Shown: piece after piece, positions 56,398-64,000 of the stretch
Numbering within the stretch: position 1 is the stretch's first letter
Layout of the letters: the number at the start of each line of letters is the position of its first letter
Virus record (IMG/VR): IMGVR_UViG_3300025141_000060
Location: 1 to 64,000 of that record
Length of the DNA: 64,000 nucleotides
From: a virus
Reading direction: 5' to 3' (one strand)
Made by a program: the position numbers and the translations under genes
Notes under the pieces: model-generated
The model's input: only the letters and a program-made list of their open reading frames with translations
Database searches by the model: none
What the model was told of the DNA's origin: nothing

Positions 56398-57137
56398 AAA
56401 AAATTTTCGTCTAGAGGTAGGCTAACTAAATTAGAATTATTACAAGAATCGCACACATAACGAACCGAAGGTTGAACCCCATAATCAGATAACATAAGTT
56501 CTTTAATCAAAATATGGATATCCATTATAGGAAGCTGAGAAATAACCTTAGAAATTATTCTTTGGTCATCAACTCCGTCAATACTAGTAACATACCTCCA
56601 GATGTTCTCACTAAGAACAGCGGGATCTAAAAAGTTCTCATCCCCTACTGTCAAAAAAGATACAGTTGCATTCTTTTTAATACCTTTTAAGAAAACCTCT
56701 CGACCCATAAAATTAAAATCTTTAGGGACTGAAACAGATAATAACTTATCAATCTCTAGATTCAACGTATTTTCATAATTACATTGAGGACACACAGACC
56801 CAACTTTATAATCAGCGCCATAAGATAATTCTCTTACTTTTAGTAATAAAAATAATTTATCTAGTAATAAAAGCTTATCTACATCAACATTAGAAACACA
56901 TTTAGATAGTAGATAATTTGCAGGGTTAAAAGAAGCTGTTCGTGATCCTGTACTTAAAGATTTCTCATCTTCAAAAGTCATAGGCCTAACCCGCAATAAC
57001 CCTTCTTTGCCAAAATAAGGAATACCTCTTGATGGAACTTCAACATCAATCTCAGTTTCTGCTGGTAGATGCTCTAATATAGACGCAATTTGCTCGTCTT
57101 CTGTTAACACTTCTGTTTCTGGAATTTCGTTATTCAT
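56385..57137 (-). CDS. Baseplate hub / tail assembly chaperone (gp26-like)
   Basis: VPSRG, VRPMTFEDE, DKLFLLLKVRELSYG, CPQC...CDSC, ends NFF. ATG at 57137 with GAGGA RBS is preferred over 57176. Confidence 0.85.
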   Translation of the reverse strand: MNNEIPETEVLTEDEQIASILEHLPAETEIDVEVPSRGIPYFGKEGLLRVRPMTFEDEKSLSTGSRTASFNPANYLLSKCVSNVDVDKLLLLDKLFLLLKVRELSYGADYKVGSVCPQCNYENTLNLEIDKLLSVSVPKDFNFMGREVFLKGIKKNATVSFLTVGDENFLDPAVLSENIWRYVTSIDGVDDQRIISKVISQLPIMDIHILIKELMLSDYGVQPSVRYVCDSCNNSNLVSLPLDENFFSVN

Positions 57138-57164
57138 AGTATCCTCTAATCTATAATAGTATGT

Positions 57165-58526
57165 ATGGAAGTACACGTAAATACAATAAATTCGACCTTG
57201 GTTACTGATAATCCAAAACTAATCAGTGCTTTAGTGGGATTATATTCATTCAAGGTTCCAGGGGCTGAATACTCGCCCCAATATAAGCGTCGATCCTGGG
57301 ACGGCAAAAAAAAGTTTTTCTCTAAAAAAGGACAATTTAAGACAGGGCTTCTAGAAAGAGTATTAGCAGACCTTAAAAAAGTAGAAGCAGAACCCAAAAT
57401 TATAGATAATAGAAAAATAGTAAATAATAACAAGAACTATGATTTTGAAAAATTTACTTACTATGACTATCAAGAGAAAACTATACAAAAAGCTTTAGAG
57501 AAAAAAAGAATGGTTATAAAAGCACCTACAGGATCAGGAAAAACACTAATCATGGCTGGTCTTGTAAAAGCCTTAGAGGGCAAAAAAATGGTATTGCTTT
57601 TTAACGCCAAGCAGCTTTTAACACAAACATATGAATTCCTAAAGGCGTTGGATATTTCAAACTTAGGTTTGTGTTATAGTGAGGGGTTTATTTTAGGGGA
57701 TATTATGCTTTGTACTGTGCAAAGCATTGAGAAAATACTTGACACACATTTAGATGCTGATGTCTTGATGGTAGATGAGTGCCATGAGTTTAGTAATGGA
57801 AAAACTACCGTTGCAGCCATACAATCCTTCCCTAACGCTAATCATCGCTATGGGTTTACTGCTACACCTCCCGCCAACAATATTAGTAAATTTAATCTAG
57901 AGGGGGGTTTAGGTCCCGTGTACTCTGTAGCCACAACAAAAGAACTCGTTGATAAAGGGAAACTAACGAAACCAATTATTCAAATAATACATAGACCTTA
58001 TACTGCTGCATATCAAGATAATAATTTATCTTACCTTGAGATATATAATGAATTTATTATTAATAATTCTTCTAGAAATACTACTATAAAGGAGATTGTA
58101 GATGACATTAAAGAAAAAAACAAAAGAGCCCGTATACTTATACTTACCAAATCACTTGATCACGGAAGAACCTTGGAAAACTTACTTGGAGGGAGTTGTG
58201 AATTCCTCCAAGGGTGTGATTCAATCGGAGAAAGGTATGAAGCTATATCTAGATTCCGAGGATGTGGAGGATCTAGCGTCCTCATTGGTACTAAAATCCT
58301 CCAAACAGGGGTTAATATTGAAGAAATCACCCACTTCATAAATGCGAGAGGCATGAAATCAGAAATTGCCACCCTTCAGGCGCTAGGTAGAGCGTTACGG
58401 ACACATGAAACAAAAGAAAAGGTTTATGTTTATGATTTTTTCGACCAAGAAAAGTACTTAGTCGATCATTCTTTAGAAAGAGAGAAACATTATAAGGCTG
58501 AAGGCCATGAAATTAAAATAATATGA
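57165..58526 (+). CDS. uvsW: SF2 DNA helicase (UvsW-like)
   Basis: YDYQ, APTGSGKT, DECH, GFTATP, TGVNI, QALGRALR; N-terminal Y-K-x3-WDG-x3-F typical of UvsW. Confidence 0.85.
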   Translation: MEVHVNTINSTLVTDNPKLISALVGLYSFKVPGAEYSPQYKRRSWDGKKKFFSKKGQFKTGLLERVLADLKKVEAEPKIIDNRKIVNNNKNYDFEKFTYYDYQEKTIQKALEKKRMVIKAPTGSGKTLIMAGLVKALEGKKMVLLFNAKQLLTQTYEFLKALDISNLGLCYSEGFILGDIMLCTVQSIEKILDTHLDADVLMVDECHEFSNGKTTVAAIQSFPNANHRYGFTATPPANNISKFNLEGGLGPVYSVATTKELVDKGKLTKPIIQIIHRPYTAAYQDNNLSYLEIYNEFIINNSSRNTTIKEIVDDIKEKNKRARILILTKSLDHGRTLENLLGGSCEFLQGCDSIGERYEAISRFRGCGGSSVLIGTKILQTGVNIEEITHFINARGMKSEIATLQALGRALRTHETKEKVYVYDFFDQEKYLVDHSLEREKHYKAEGHEIKII

Positions 58527-58750
58527 AAACATATAGCGAAATTAATAAAAAGTTATCTAAATTAACAGATCACGATCACCAAAAGGTACAAGAAATAGTA
58601 AAAGGTCTTCAAAATTTTTCTAAAAAGGGCGAACTTTCACCAGAAGGACTAAAAACACTTCAGAATATGCAAACATCCTTAAATACCTTTGTGGAACAAT
58701 ACTCTGACAGGGTAATTAGGCTATTAAAACAACATCATATGGTAGATTAG
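58523..58750 (+). CDS. Small helical hypothetical protein
   Basis: 75 aa, 4-nt overlap with helicase stop. Confidence 0.6.
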   Translation: MKTYSEINKKLSKLTDHDHQKVQEIVKGLQNFSKKGELSPEGLKTLQNMQTSLNTFVEQYSDRVIRLLKQHHMVD

Positions 58751-58754
58751 TATT

Positions 58755-58985
58755 TTACTCAGGAATATCAATGTCAGGATTTCCCATCTTAAGCTTTAAT
58801 CCCCAATTTTCCATATCGCGTCTAGTCCAATTGTCTTCCAGCTTCTCTTCCAGCAGATCTAGCTTATAATTAATACTAGTAAGCTGACTGCTAATCCAGA
58901 CCACACCTCCACAAAGGGCAATCACCATGCCCAGCGGCATTAATGTTTCTTTCGAGAGTACGTTTTTTTTATCTTGTGTGCCCAT
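58755..58985 (-). CDS. Small single-TM membrane protein (holin-like possible)
   Basis: LMPLGMVIALCGGVVWI hydrophobic segment followed by a short coiled coil. Confidence 0.5.
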   Translation of the reverse strand: MGTQDKKNVLSKETLMPLGMVIALCGGVVWISSQLTSINYKLDLLEEKLEDNWTRRDMENWGLKLKMGNPDIDIPE

Positions 58986-59767
58986 TATTTTAATCTTCCA
59001 ATTCTAAATGTAGACCCTGTTTCTAAATGAATGGTTTTGGTTGATCCCATTTCAATAGAGATCGTTACATTCTGTCCTGCCGTTGCTGTTAATACACATT
59101 GGAATGTTCTTTCAACAGGACCTACATTTCCATAAAGTCTTGGAAGAATAGTTACACCTGCTACCCCGTCTACCTTAGCCTTAATAGTTAGTATATCATT
59201 CTGGGCTCCTGCGTCTACGACTAAATTAGCCAGTAGTTCGTATGTTCCTGCCTTAGCAACTACAAAGTATTTATTTGTGTCATCCCAAGTAATATCATCA
59301 GTATCAGATACGATACTCGTAATTGTTGCCCCAAGTCCAAAGTTTTGCTCATCTGTAGAGTCTGTGCCAGCATCATCACATTGGGCATACCCAAAAGGAG
59401 GAGGATAAGACATTCCATTAAATGTAACCCCAGAAACGGCAGTAGCTGATACACTAGTTCCCGTAATAGCAGGGGAAGTAAGTGTCGTAGAAGAGACGGT
59501 TGCTGCCACAATAGCTCCCCCTGAAAGTGAACCAAACTCAATAGTAGGAGAAATAAGTGTTGTAGAAGAAACATTTGTTCCTGTAAAAGTTCCACCTATG
59601 AAGGAGGCAGCAGATACAGAGGTAGAGGAAACAGAAGGCCATAAACTAAGTGAAGAAACCCCTGTACCTCCGTTAGAAACAGAAACAGTATCTTCGCTAG
59701 TGAACTCTCCTAAAGCAGATGGGGTTGTTCCACCATACTTAAATTTTACGGGTATTTTATCGACCAC
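58985..59767 (-). CDS. Short fibre / decoration protein with C1q/TNF-like tip
   Basis: VSNGGTG fibre motif, Ser/Thr repeats (VSSTSVSA, VSSTTLISP, VSSTTLTSP, VSATAVSG), then YFVVAKAGTYELLANL. Confidence 0.6.
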   Translation of the reverse strand: MVDKIPVKFKYGGTTPSALGEFTSEDTVSVSNGGTGVSSLSLWPSVSSTSVSAASFIGGTFTGTNVSSTTLISPTIEFGSLSGGAIVAATVSSTTLTSPAITGTSVSATAVSGVTFNGMSYPPPFGYAQCDDAGTDSTDEQNFGLGATITSIVSDTDDITWDDTNKYFVVAKAGTYELLANLVVDAGAQNDILTIKAKVDGVAGVTILPRLYGNVGPVERTFQCVLTATAGQNVTISIEMGSTKTIHLETGSTFRIGRLK

Positions 59768-60215
59768 GACCTCTTCCTCCCGTCATCGGGATAGCGTCCC
59801 CAGCCGTTATGCCTGTAGCCCCCGTATAGTCTATGTTAGTTGCATTGTTAAGTAAGGTCGCAGTAACAAAATTCCCTAAATTAGAACTATTAATCTTTGA
59901 TACAATCCCCGCTGCGGTTGTGGCTCCTTCAGCGACACCTGCGGTACTCACTGTACCATTATTTTTATCTCCATCAAACTCAAAACAAGATAGAACATAT
60001 CTAACCCCTGCTTGACGAAAAACCCCAAACTTTAAAAAATTACCTTTTCTTCCTCGATAAGGTCCTTTATCGGCTGTTACCTTAAATGCAGGAGTCTCAC
60101 TATTAAAAAAAGTTATAGAAGCTTGAACATTGGAGGATTTTGTAATACCAATGCCTCTACCAAAAAACCCCTTAGACGATACAGGAGCGACAGTCGTTAA
60201 ATTTACTATACTCAT
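59757..60215 (-). CDS. Hypothetical virion protein
   Basis: 152 aa; TTAAGIVSKIN helix and GGRGRGR C-terminus. Confidence 0.55.
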   Translation of the reverse strand: MSIVNLTTVAPVSSKGFFGRGIGITKSSNVQASITFFNSETPAFKVTADKGPYRGRKGNFLKFGVFRQAGVRYVLSCFEFDGDKNNGTVSTAGVAEGATTAAGIVSKINSSNLGNFVTATLLNNATNIDYTGATGITAGDAIPMTGGRGRGR

Positions 60216-60955
60216 CTAGCATCAGGTAATTGTTGATCCCGTACGGCATTAGCCCGTTTAACTACGCCGTAATTTATAGCAAACAGCCCCTCAGCTACGT
60301 CAGTTTCGTTTTCAATTGCAATCGCACTAATTTTCTGACTTGGCTGTAAAGTAAGTGTAGCCGTACCACCTCCTTGGGCAATAGCACCAGGAATCCCTGA
60401 TGTAGTGCTGGAAACACTTATACTTGATACGATTACCCCAGAGGTAGGTCCGTGATCAAAAGCGGATAGATATAATGCTGTTCCTGTACCTGAAGAGGGT
60501 TGAACCCTAAAGAATCCTTTAGATCCACTTAAATCAACTACGGAAACGTAAGGAACTTCAACTTCTGCATTGGACATTGTAACTGTAAATACGCCCGAAG
60601 TACCTGTAGGCATTACTGTTGAACAATCAACCCCAGAAGCACCACCGTTTGCATCATAAGCTCCACCAGTAAGCACTCTAACAGTAGTTTTATTTGTGTT
60701 TGTATCAAGTCGTACAGTAATGACCTCAAAAGTACAAGAAGCTGCAACAGGCCAACCCGCTAAGAAACCTCCTGATGCGGTGAAGGATGAAGTGCCTAGT
60801 GAACACGAAGCATCAGAAATGGCAATAGAATCTACAGTAAGCGCAGTGTTTACCAAATCAAACGACGAAGCATTACAACTCCCAGCCCCATCAGCAATAC
60901 GCTTTACTTCAACTAGCTTGCAGACTGGAAGGATTGTTTCTCTGAGATCACTCAC
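60212..60955 (-). CDS. Hypothetical Ser/Gly-rich virion surface protein
   Basis: 247 aa, beta-rich, translationally coupled to neighbours. Confidence 0.55.
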   Translation of the reverse strand: MSDLRETILPVCKLVEVKRIADGAGSCNASSFDLVNTALTVDSIAISDASCSLGTSSFTASGGFLAGWPVAASCTFEVITVRLDTNTNKTTVRVLTGGAYDANGGASGVDCSTVMPTGTSGVFTVTMSNAEVEVPYVSVVDLSGSKGFFRVQPSSGTGTALYLSAFDHGPTSGVIVSSISVSSTTSGIPGAIAQGGGTATLTLQPSQKISAIAIENETDVAEGLFAINYGVVKRANAVRDQQLPDAR

Positions 60956-62709
60956 TCCTCACCTTCCTCGTCTTTTTCAACTTCTTGCTCTTTTTCTACT
61001 TCTTCTTCATGCTCTTCTTCTTTCTCTTTTTCTGTATCTAAACTGTCAAAATCTATTGAGTTTAAAATATCCTCAAAACTTTTGAAATCCTTCATAATTT
61101 CATCAGAAGTAGGTGTTTTTTTCTTTTCTTCCTTTTCCTCTTCTTTTTGGGGTAGCTCCTCAACTGCGGTAGTCGGATCAAGGCCCCCAGCTTCCGCATC
61201 ATTTTTAGCTTCTTTCTCATCCATGCGGGAATCATCTTCGTTAGACTCAATATGATCCTTCATACTGCTAGTCTTGAAGGCGTCAGTTTCCGTTTGCGCT
61301 TCTTCTGCCTCTGCTTTCTTTTTAGCTTCTTCGCCTCTCGCCTGAGCAGCTTTTGTCTTCTTGGATCGTTTATCGCCGCCCTCTTCTTTCTTTCTCTTTG
61401 TTTCAAGTATAATCTCTACCAATTCTTCTATAGAATCAATTTCAGAAAAAGTTTCTTTAATGGTAAGATTCTCAATTAAAGCATCATCCAAAATATCAGT
61501 ATAACCTGCTTTCTCAAAAAGAAGCTCAATAAATCTATTAACATCAATAGACTCTACTCCATTTCTCGTCCTTAGCATTTTTGCTGTTTCCAAAAGAACA
61601 TCCTTTTGCACTGAGCTTTTAGGACTAAGTTTTGATAACGCCTCAAAAATCAAAACTTGAGTATTTAAAAGACTTTTAAAAGTGGGGATATCTTTAAGAT
61701 TTTGTACACTAATCCCATACTTTTCATTCAACATAGAGAGGAAAATCTCTTTAAGTGGTTTTTTACTTTCAAAAAGATAGCTGCTAAATGCTTTAATCTC
61801 TTTAAGACTTACTTTTACTGTATCATTTAATTCCAAACTATTTGCTAGTGTTTCAGCTATCTGCTTTTTAGTGGCTAATGAGAAATAAGGGACTTCTACG
61901 ATAACTTCAACTAAAGCCTGTGCAATTGTCTGTTCATCACTCTCATAAACGAGAGAAGCTAAATTAGAGATTTTATCATTATTCAACCAAACAAGATCAA
62001 AGTTATTTTTAGACTCAACTAACTCTTTTCTAATTAATTCCTGTTTGCAAATCATCTCATATATATTATGATTTATTTCAGGAGGAATCACATAAGAAGA
62101 TTCATTTAGGTCATCATAAGAGAGTCTAGGGATATTGAAGGCATGAGAAACAGCAGAAGATAACCTAACCATGTTTTTAATTTCTGGGATATTGGCTAAA
62201 TTCTTGTTCTCAACTAAAAACTCTACTATCTGAGGCGCGACCTGTGCCATTTTTTGAAACTCTTCAGAATCAATGATTCTATTAGTTCCGTTAAATTTTT
62301 GGGACTTCTCGTAAAGTTTATTCTTTACTGACGAGAACTTAACTCTATTCTCCCATAGTTGAAGAACTTTGTTAAAACTAGTATCAGCTTCAGCAAAGTC
62401 CTCTTCAAAAATATTTTGAATAAAGTTCGATATTTTATAATCTACAAATTCATCAAATTGGTTAGTGTCTTCAAATAAATCATCTGTTTCAATTTGAATA
62501 TTTCTTAATGCTACGGTATTATCGAAATCATAATCAGCCGCAATAATATAGCCGCTTTCCGTGATAAAAGTTACCTTTTGCTCACTATCATCAATCGAAA
62601 AAACTTCTACATTCTCTCGTAAAGATCTACCCAAATAATCAGATAATTTAATTATATTGGTTACTTTCTTGTCTCTATTCTCAAAAATATGATCAAACAT
62701 GTTTTTCAT
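60952..62709 (-). CDS. Head core/internal protein with many LxE-type sites
   Basis: Follows portal; HIFEN, SLREN, FITES, KLYEK, FLVEN, DLNES, ELVES, YLFES, MLNEK, VLLET, ALIEN, IILET; AGGAG RBS. Confidence 0.65.
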   Translation of the reverse strand: MKNMFDHIFENRDKKVTNIIKLSDYLGRSLRENVEVFSIDDSEQKVTFITESGYIIAADYDFDNTVALRNIQIETDDLFEDTNQFDEFVDYKISNFIQNIFEEDFAEADTSFNKVLQLWENRVKFSSVKNKLYEKSQKFNGTNRIIDSEEFQKMAQVAPQIVEFLVENKNLANIPEIKNMVRLSSAVSHAFNIPRLSYDDLNESSYVIPPEINHNIYEMICKQELIRKELVESKNNFDLVWLNNDKISNLASLVYESDEQTIAQALVEVIVEVPYFSLATKKQIAETLANSLELNDTVKVSLKEIKAFSSYLFESKKPLKEIFLSMLNEKYGISVQNLKDIPTFKSLLNTQVLIFEALSKLSPKSSVQKDVLLETAKMLRTRNGVESIDVNRFIELLFEKAGYTDILDDALIENLTIKETFSEIDSIEELVEIILETKRKKEEGGDKRSKKTKAAQARGEEAKKKAEAEEAQTETDAFKTSSMKDHIESNEDDSRMDEKEAKNDAEAGGLDPTTAVEELPQKEEEKEEKKKTPTSDEIMKDFKSFEDILNSIDFDSLDTEKEKEEEHEEEVEKEQEVEKDEEGEE

Positions 62710-62721
62710 TACTCCTAGGTG

Positions 62722-62737
62722 CTAAATTTATATATAG
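62722..62737 (-). promoter_or_regulatory. Late promoter candidate (CTATATATAAATTTAG)
   Basis: TATATA-N4-TAG upstream of an AGGAG RBS. Confidence 0.5.
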
Positions 62738-62756
62738 CAATCATTTACCTAAAATT

Positions 62757-64000
62757 TTAAGATTCTTTGATTTTTCCTAAAATTCTTTGCCAAGTTTTTT
62801 GTTCATCTACCCTATACCCCTCTTTCTTTTTAATTTTGTCTCTATACTTCATTAAAGAAGAAAAATCCTCATTCGGTCTTTCTTGCTGTGTCGGTGTTGA
62901 ATTTAGCCCTCCAGGGGTATTACCTTGAGGCAGTTCACCCGCTCCTGGTGATATCTGATTAAGCTCCTGCTGTTGGTATGCAGCTTCTTCCGACTCTTTT
63001 TTTAGTTTCTCTTTTAATAACAAAATCTCACCCTCACTCATATTATAGTATTCCTTGTAGATATAATCTTTTGGAAATAATTGAGTTTGAGTAACAGTTT
63101 GAACTATTGCTAAACGAGCCTGATCAATTTCTAATCTTCTTTTTGTAAATCTATCAGAAGGATCTGGCAATTGAATCCTTAAGTCTTTAATTAAGCTTAA
63201 AGGAAAATTCTTCATCACAAGATGACGTTTAACTAAAATCTCTAAACCTACTTCAATATCGTGTTGCACTCTCGCAACAGCCCTAGCGAATTTAACATCC
63301 AATTCCGACAGGTTCGCTTTTTTATCTGGTGCCTTATCTTTTGTTTCCACCACATAATCGCGTGGAACTTTAAGAGCCGCTAACAGCTTGTCCCTAAAGT
63401 AAGATACATCAGTCACTTCGCCTAAATTTTGCGCCCCAGGAAGGGTCTCAATCCGAGTTCCCTGGTTTCCTTTGATAGGGACAAAATAATCTTCGTCTGC
63501 TGCTAATGGGTTGTATCGAGTATCAACACCATTACCTCGCATATATTTCTCTTTTTTAAATTTTTCCTTAACTCTCTCAATAAACATCTCAGCTTTACTA
63601 GAGGGCAAGTTGCCTACATCAATATAAAAGATTCGTCTTTCTGGGGCTCTTGAGAGCCTATAAATAAGCATTGCATCTTCCATCAGACGCAATGATCTGA
63701 ATGTTTGAACCCCATAAGCAGCTACTGACTTGCCGTAGGGGTAAAATTTAGGATCAGATGTAAATAAACGAAAATGGACTATTTGATTCTTATCTAGCTC
63801 AATAAATTTAGAGTTCTTTGTTCCTGTTTGATCAATATCAAACGCACCTCCTTGAGCATAATCACTTTTTCCTGCATCTGGAATTTGCTGAAGGAATGTT
63901 TTTAGATAACCATAATCATCCTCAACGCGCAAAAGAAAATTTGGATTTAGTACCTTAACTTTTTGTATTCCAGCATCGGGGTTATTTACATCAGCAATAG
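62757..64000 (-). CDS. gp20: Portal protein (T4 gp20-like), 5' end outside window
   Basis: LRLMEDAMLIYRLSRAPERRIFYIDVGNLP, EDYFVP, TLPGAQNLG, YFRDKL. Frame stays open from 63932 to the window edge (IADVNNPDAGIQKVKVLNPNF). Confidence 0.96.
   Translation of the reverse strand, partial: IADVNNPDAGIQKVKVLNPNFLLRVEDDYGYLKTFLQQIPDAGKSDYAQGGAFDIDQTGTKNSKFIELDKNQIVHFRLFTSDPKFYPYGKSVAAYGVQTFRSLRLMEDAMLIYRLSRAPERRIFYIDVGNLPSSKAEMFIERVKEKFKKEKYMRGNGVDTRYNPLAADEDYFVPIKGNQGTRIETLPGAQNLGEVTDVSYFRDKLLAALKVPRDYVVETKDKAPDKKANLSELDVKFARAVARVQHDIEVGLEILVKRHLVMKNFPLSLIKDLRIQLPDPSDRFTKRRLEIDQARLAIVQTVTQTQLFPKDYIYKEYYNMSEGEILLLKEKLKKESEEAAYQQQELNQISPGAGELPQGNTPGGLNSTPTQQERPNEDFSSLMKYRDKIKKKEGYRVDEQKTWQRILGKIKES

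Noticed and set aside
46671-58526. Inteins, introns or homing endonucleases in primase or helicase
   Set aside because: Both are of normal length with contiguous motifs.
58523-58750. T4 UvsW.1 homolog or capsid-targeting leader (MKTYSEI)
   Set aside because: Only position, size and first residues agree; no further similarity and no [IL]xE site near residue 10.
1454-61479. Short ORF-track entries antisense to or nested in long genes (e.g. 1454-1681, 6381-6914, 34590-34931, 43655-44008, 49722-49910, 57146-57433, 60696-61085)
   Set aside because: Shadow frames of well-supported genes, with no recognisable motifs or RBS.
1-64000. Extracellular contractile injection system or tailocin
   Set aside because: Portal, prohead protease, scaffold, MCP, neck, primase and helicase are present, so this is a phage genome segment.
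1-64000. Stop-codon reassignment
   Set aside because: Long ORFs tile the window in the standard code, and TAA, TAG and TGA all end genes at sensible junctions.
1-64000. tRNA or structured ncRNA genes
   Set aside because: Intergenic gaps are under about 100 nt and are explained by promoters and terminators; no cloverleaf seen.

Overview
This 64 kb window is the virion-morphogenesis region of a large, AT-rich, T4-like contractile-tailed phage (Caudoviricetes, myovirus type). It uses the standard genetic code and AGGAG/GGAG Shine-Dalgarno sites. Almost all genes are on the minus strand. In transcription order they are: portal (cut by the window edge), a 585-aa head-core-like protein, small decoration/fibre proteins, a gp26-like tail chaperone with a likely -1 frameshift extension, four tandem zinc-metalloprotease paralogs, a Cas4-like nuclease, gp2-like, tape measure, tube initiator, gp53, hub, spike, a LamG protein, gp25, gp6, a giant gp7-like wedge, three paralogous fibre-adaptor proteins, two fibres/spikes, head core proteins, prohead protease, scaffold, major capsid protein, neck proteins, tail terminator, sheath and tube. 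A UvsW-like helicase, a DnaG-like primase and three small genes lie on the plus strand. The most unusual content: (1) a complete formylglycine-type (CxPxR) sulfatase fused to a baseplate/fibre adaptor domain; (2) four Cys-rich M6/M11-like metzincins with a shared basic N-terminus and a candidate cysteine switch; (3) a central spike with no lysozyme domain. Together these suggest a virion-borne toolkit for breaching a sulfated-glycan and protein envelope. Also noted: a lambda G/GT-style frameshift, a prohead protease carrying a basic cargo domain, capsid-targeting-like leaders, a TA[ACT]ATA-N4-TAG late-promoter motif, and strong [hydrophobic/small]-Ser-[Gly/Ala/Ser] enrichment in exposed virion proteins. 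All calls rest on motif recognition and synteny by eye; no database search was run.
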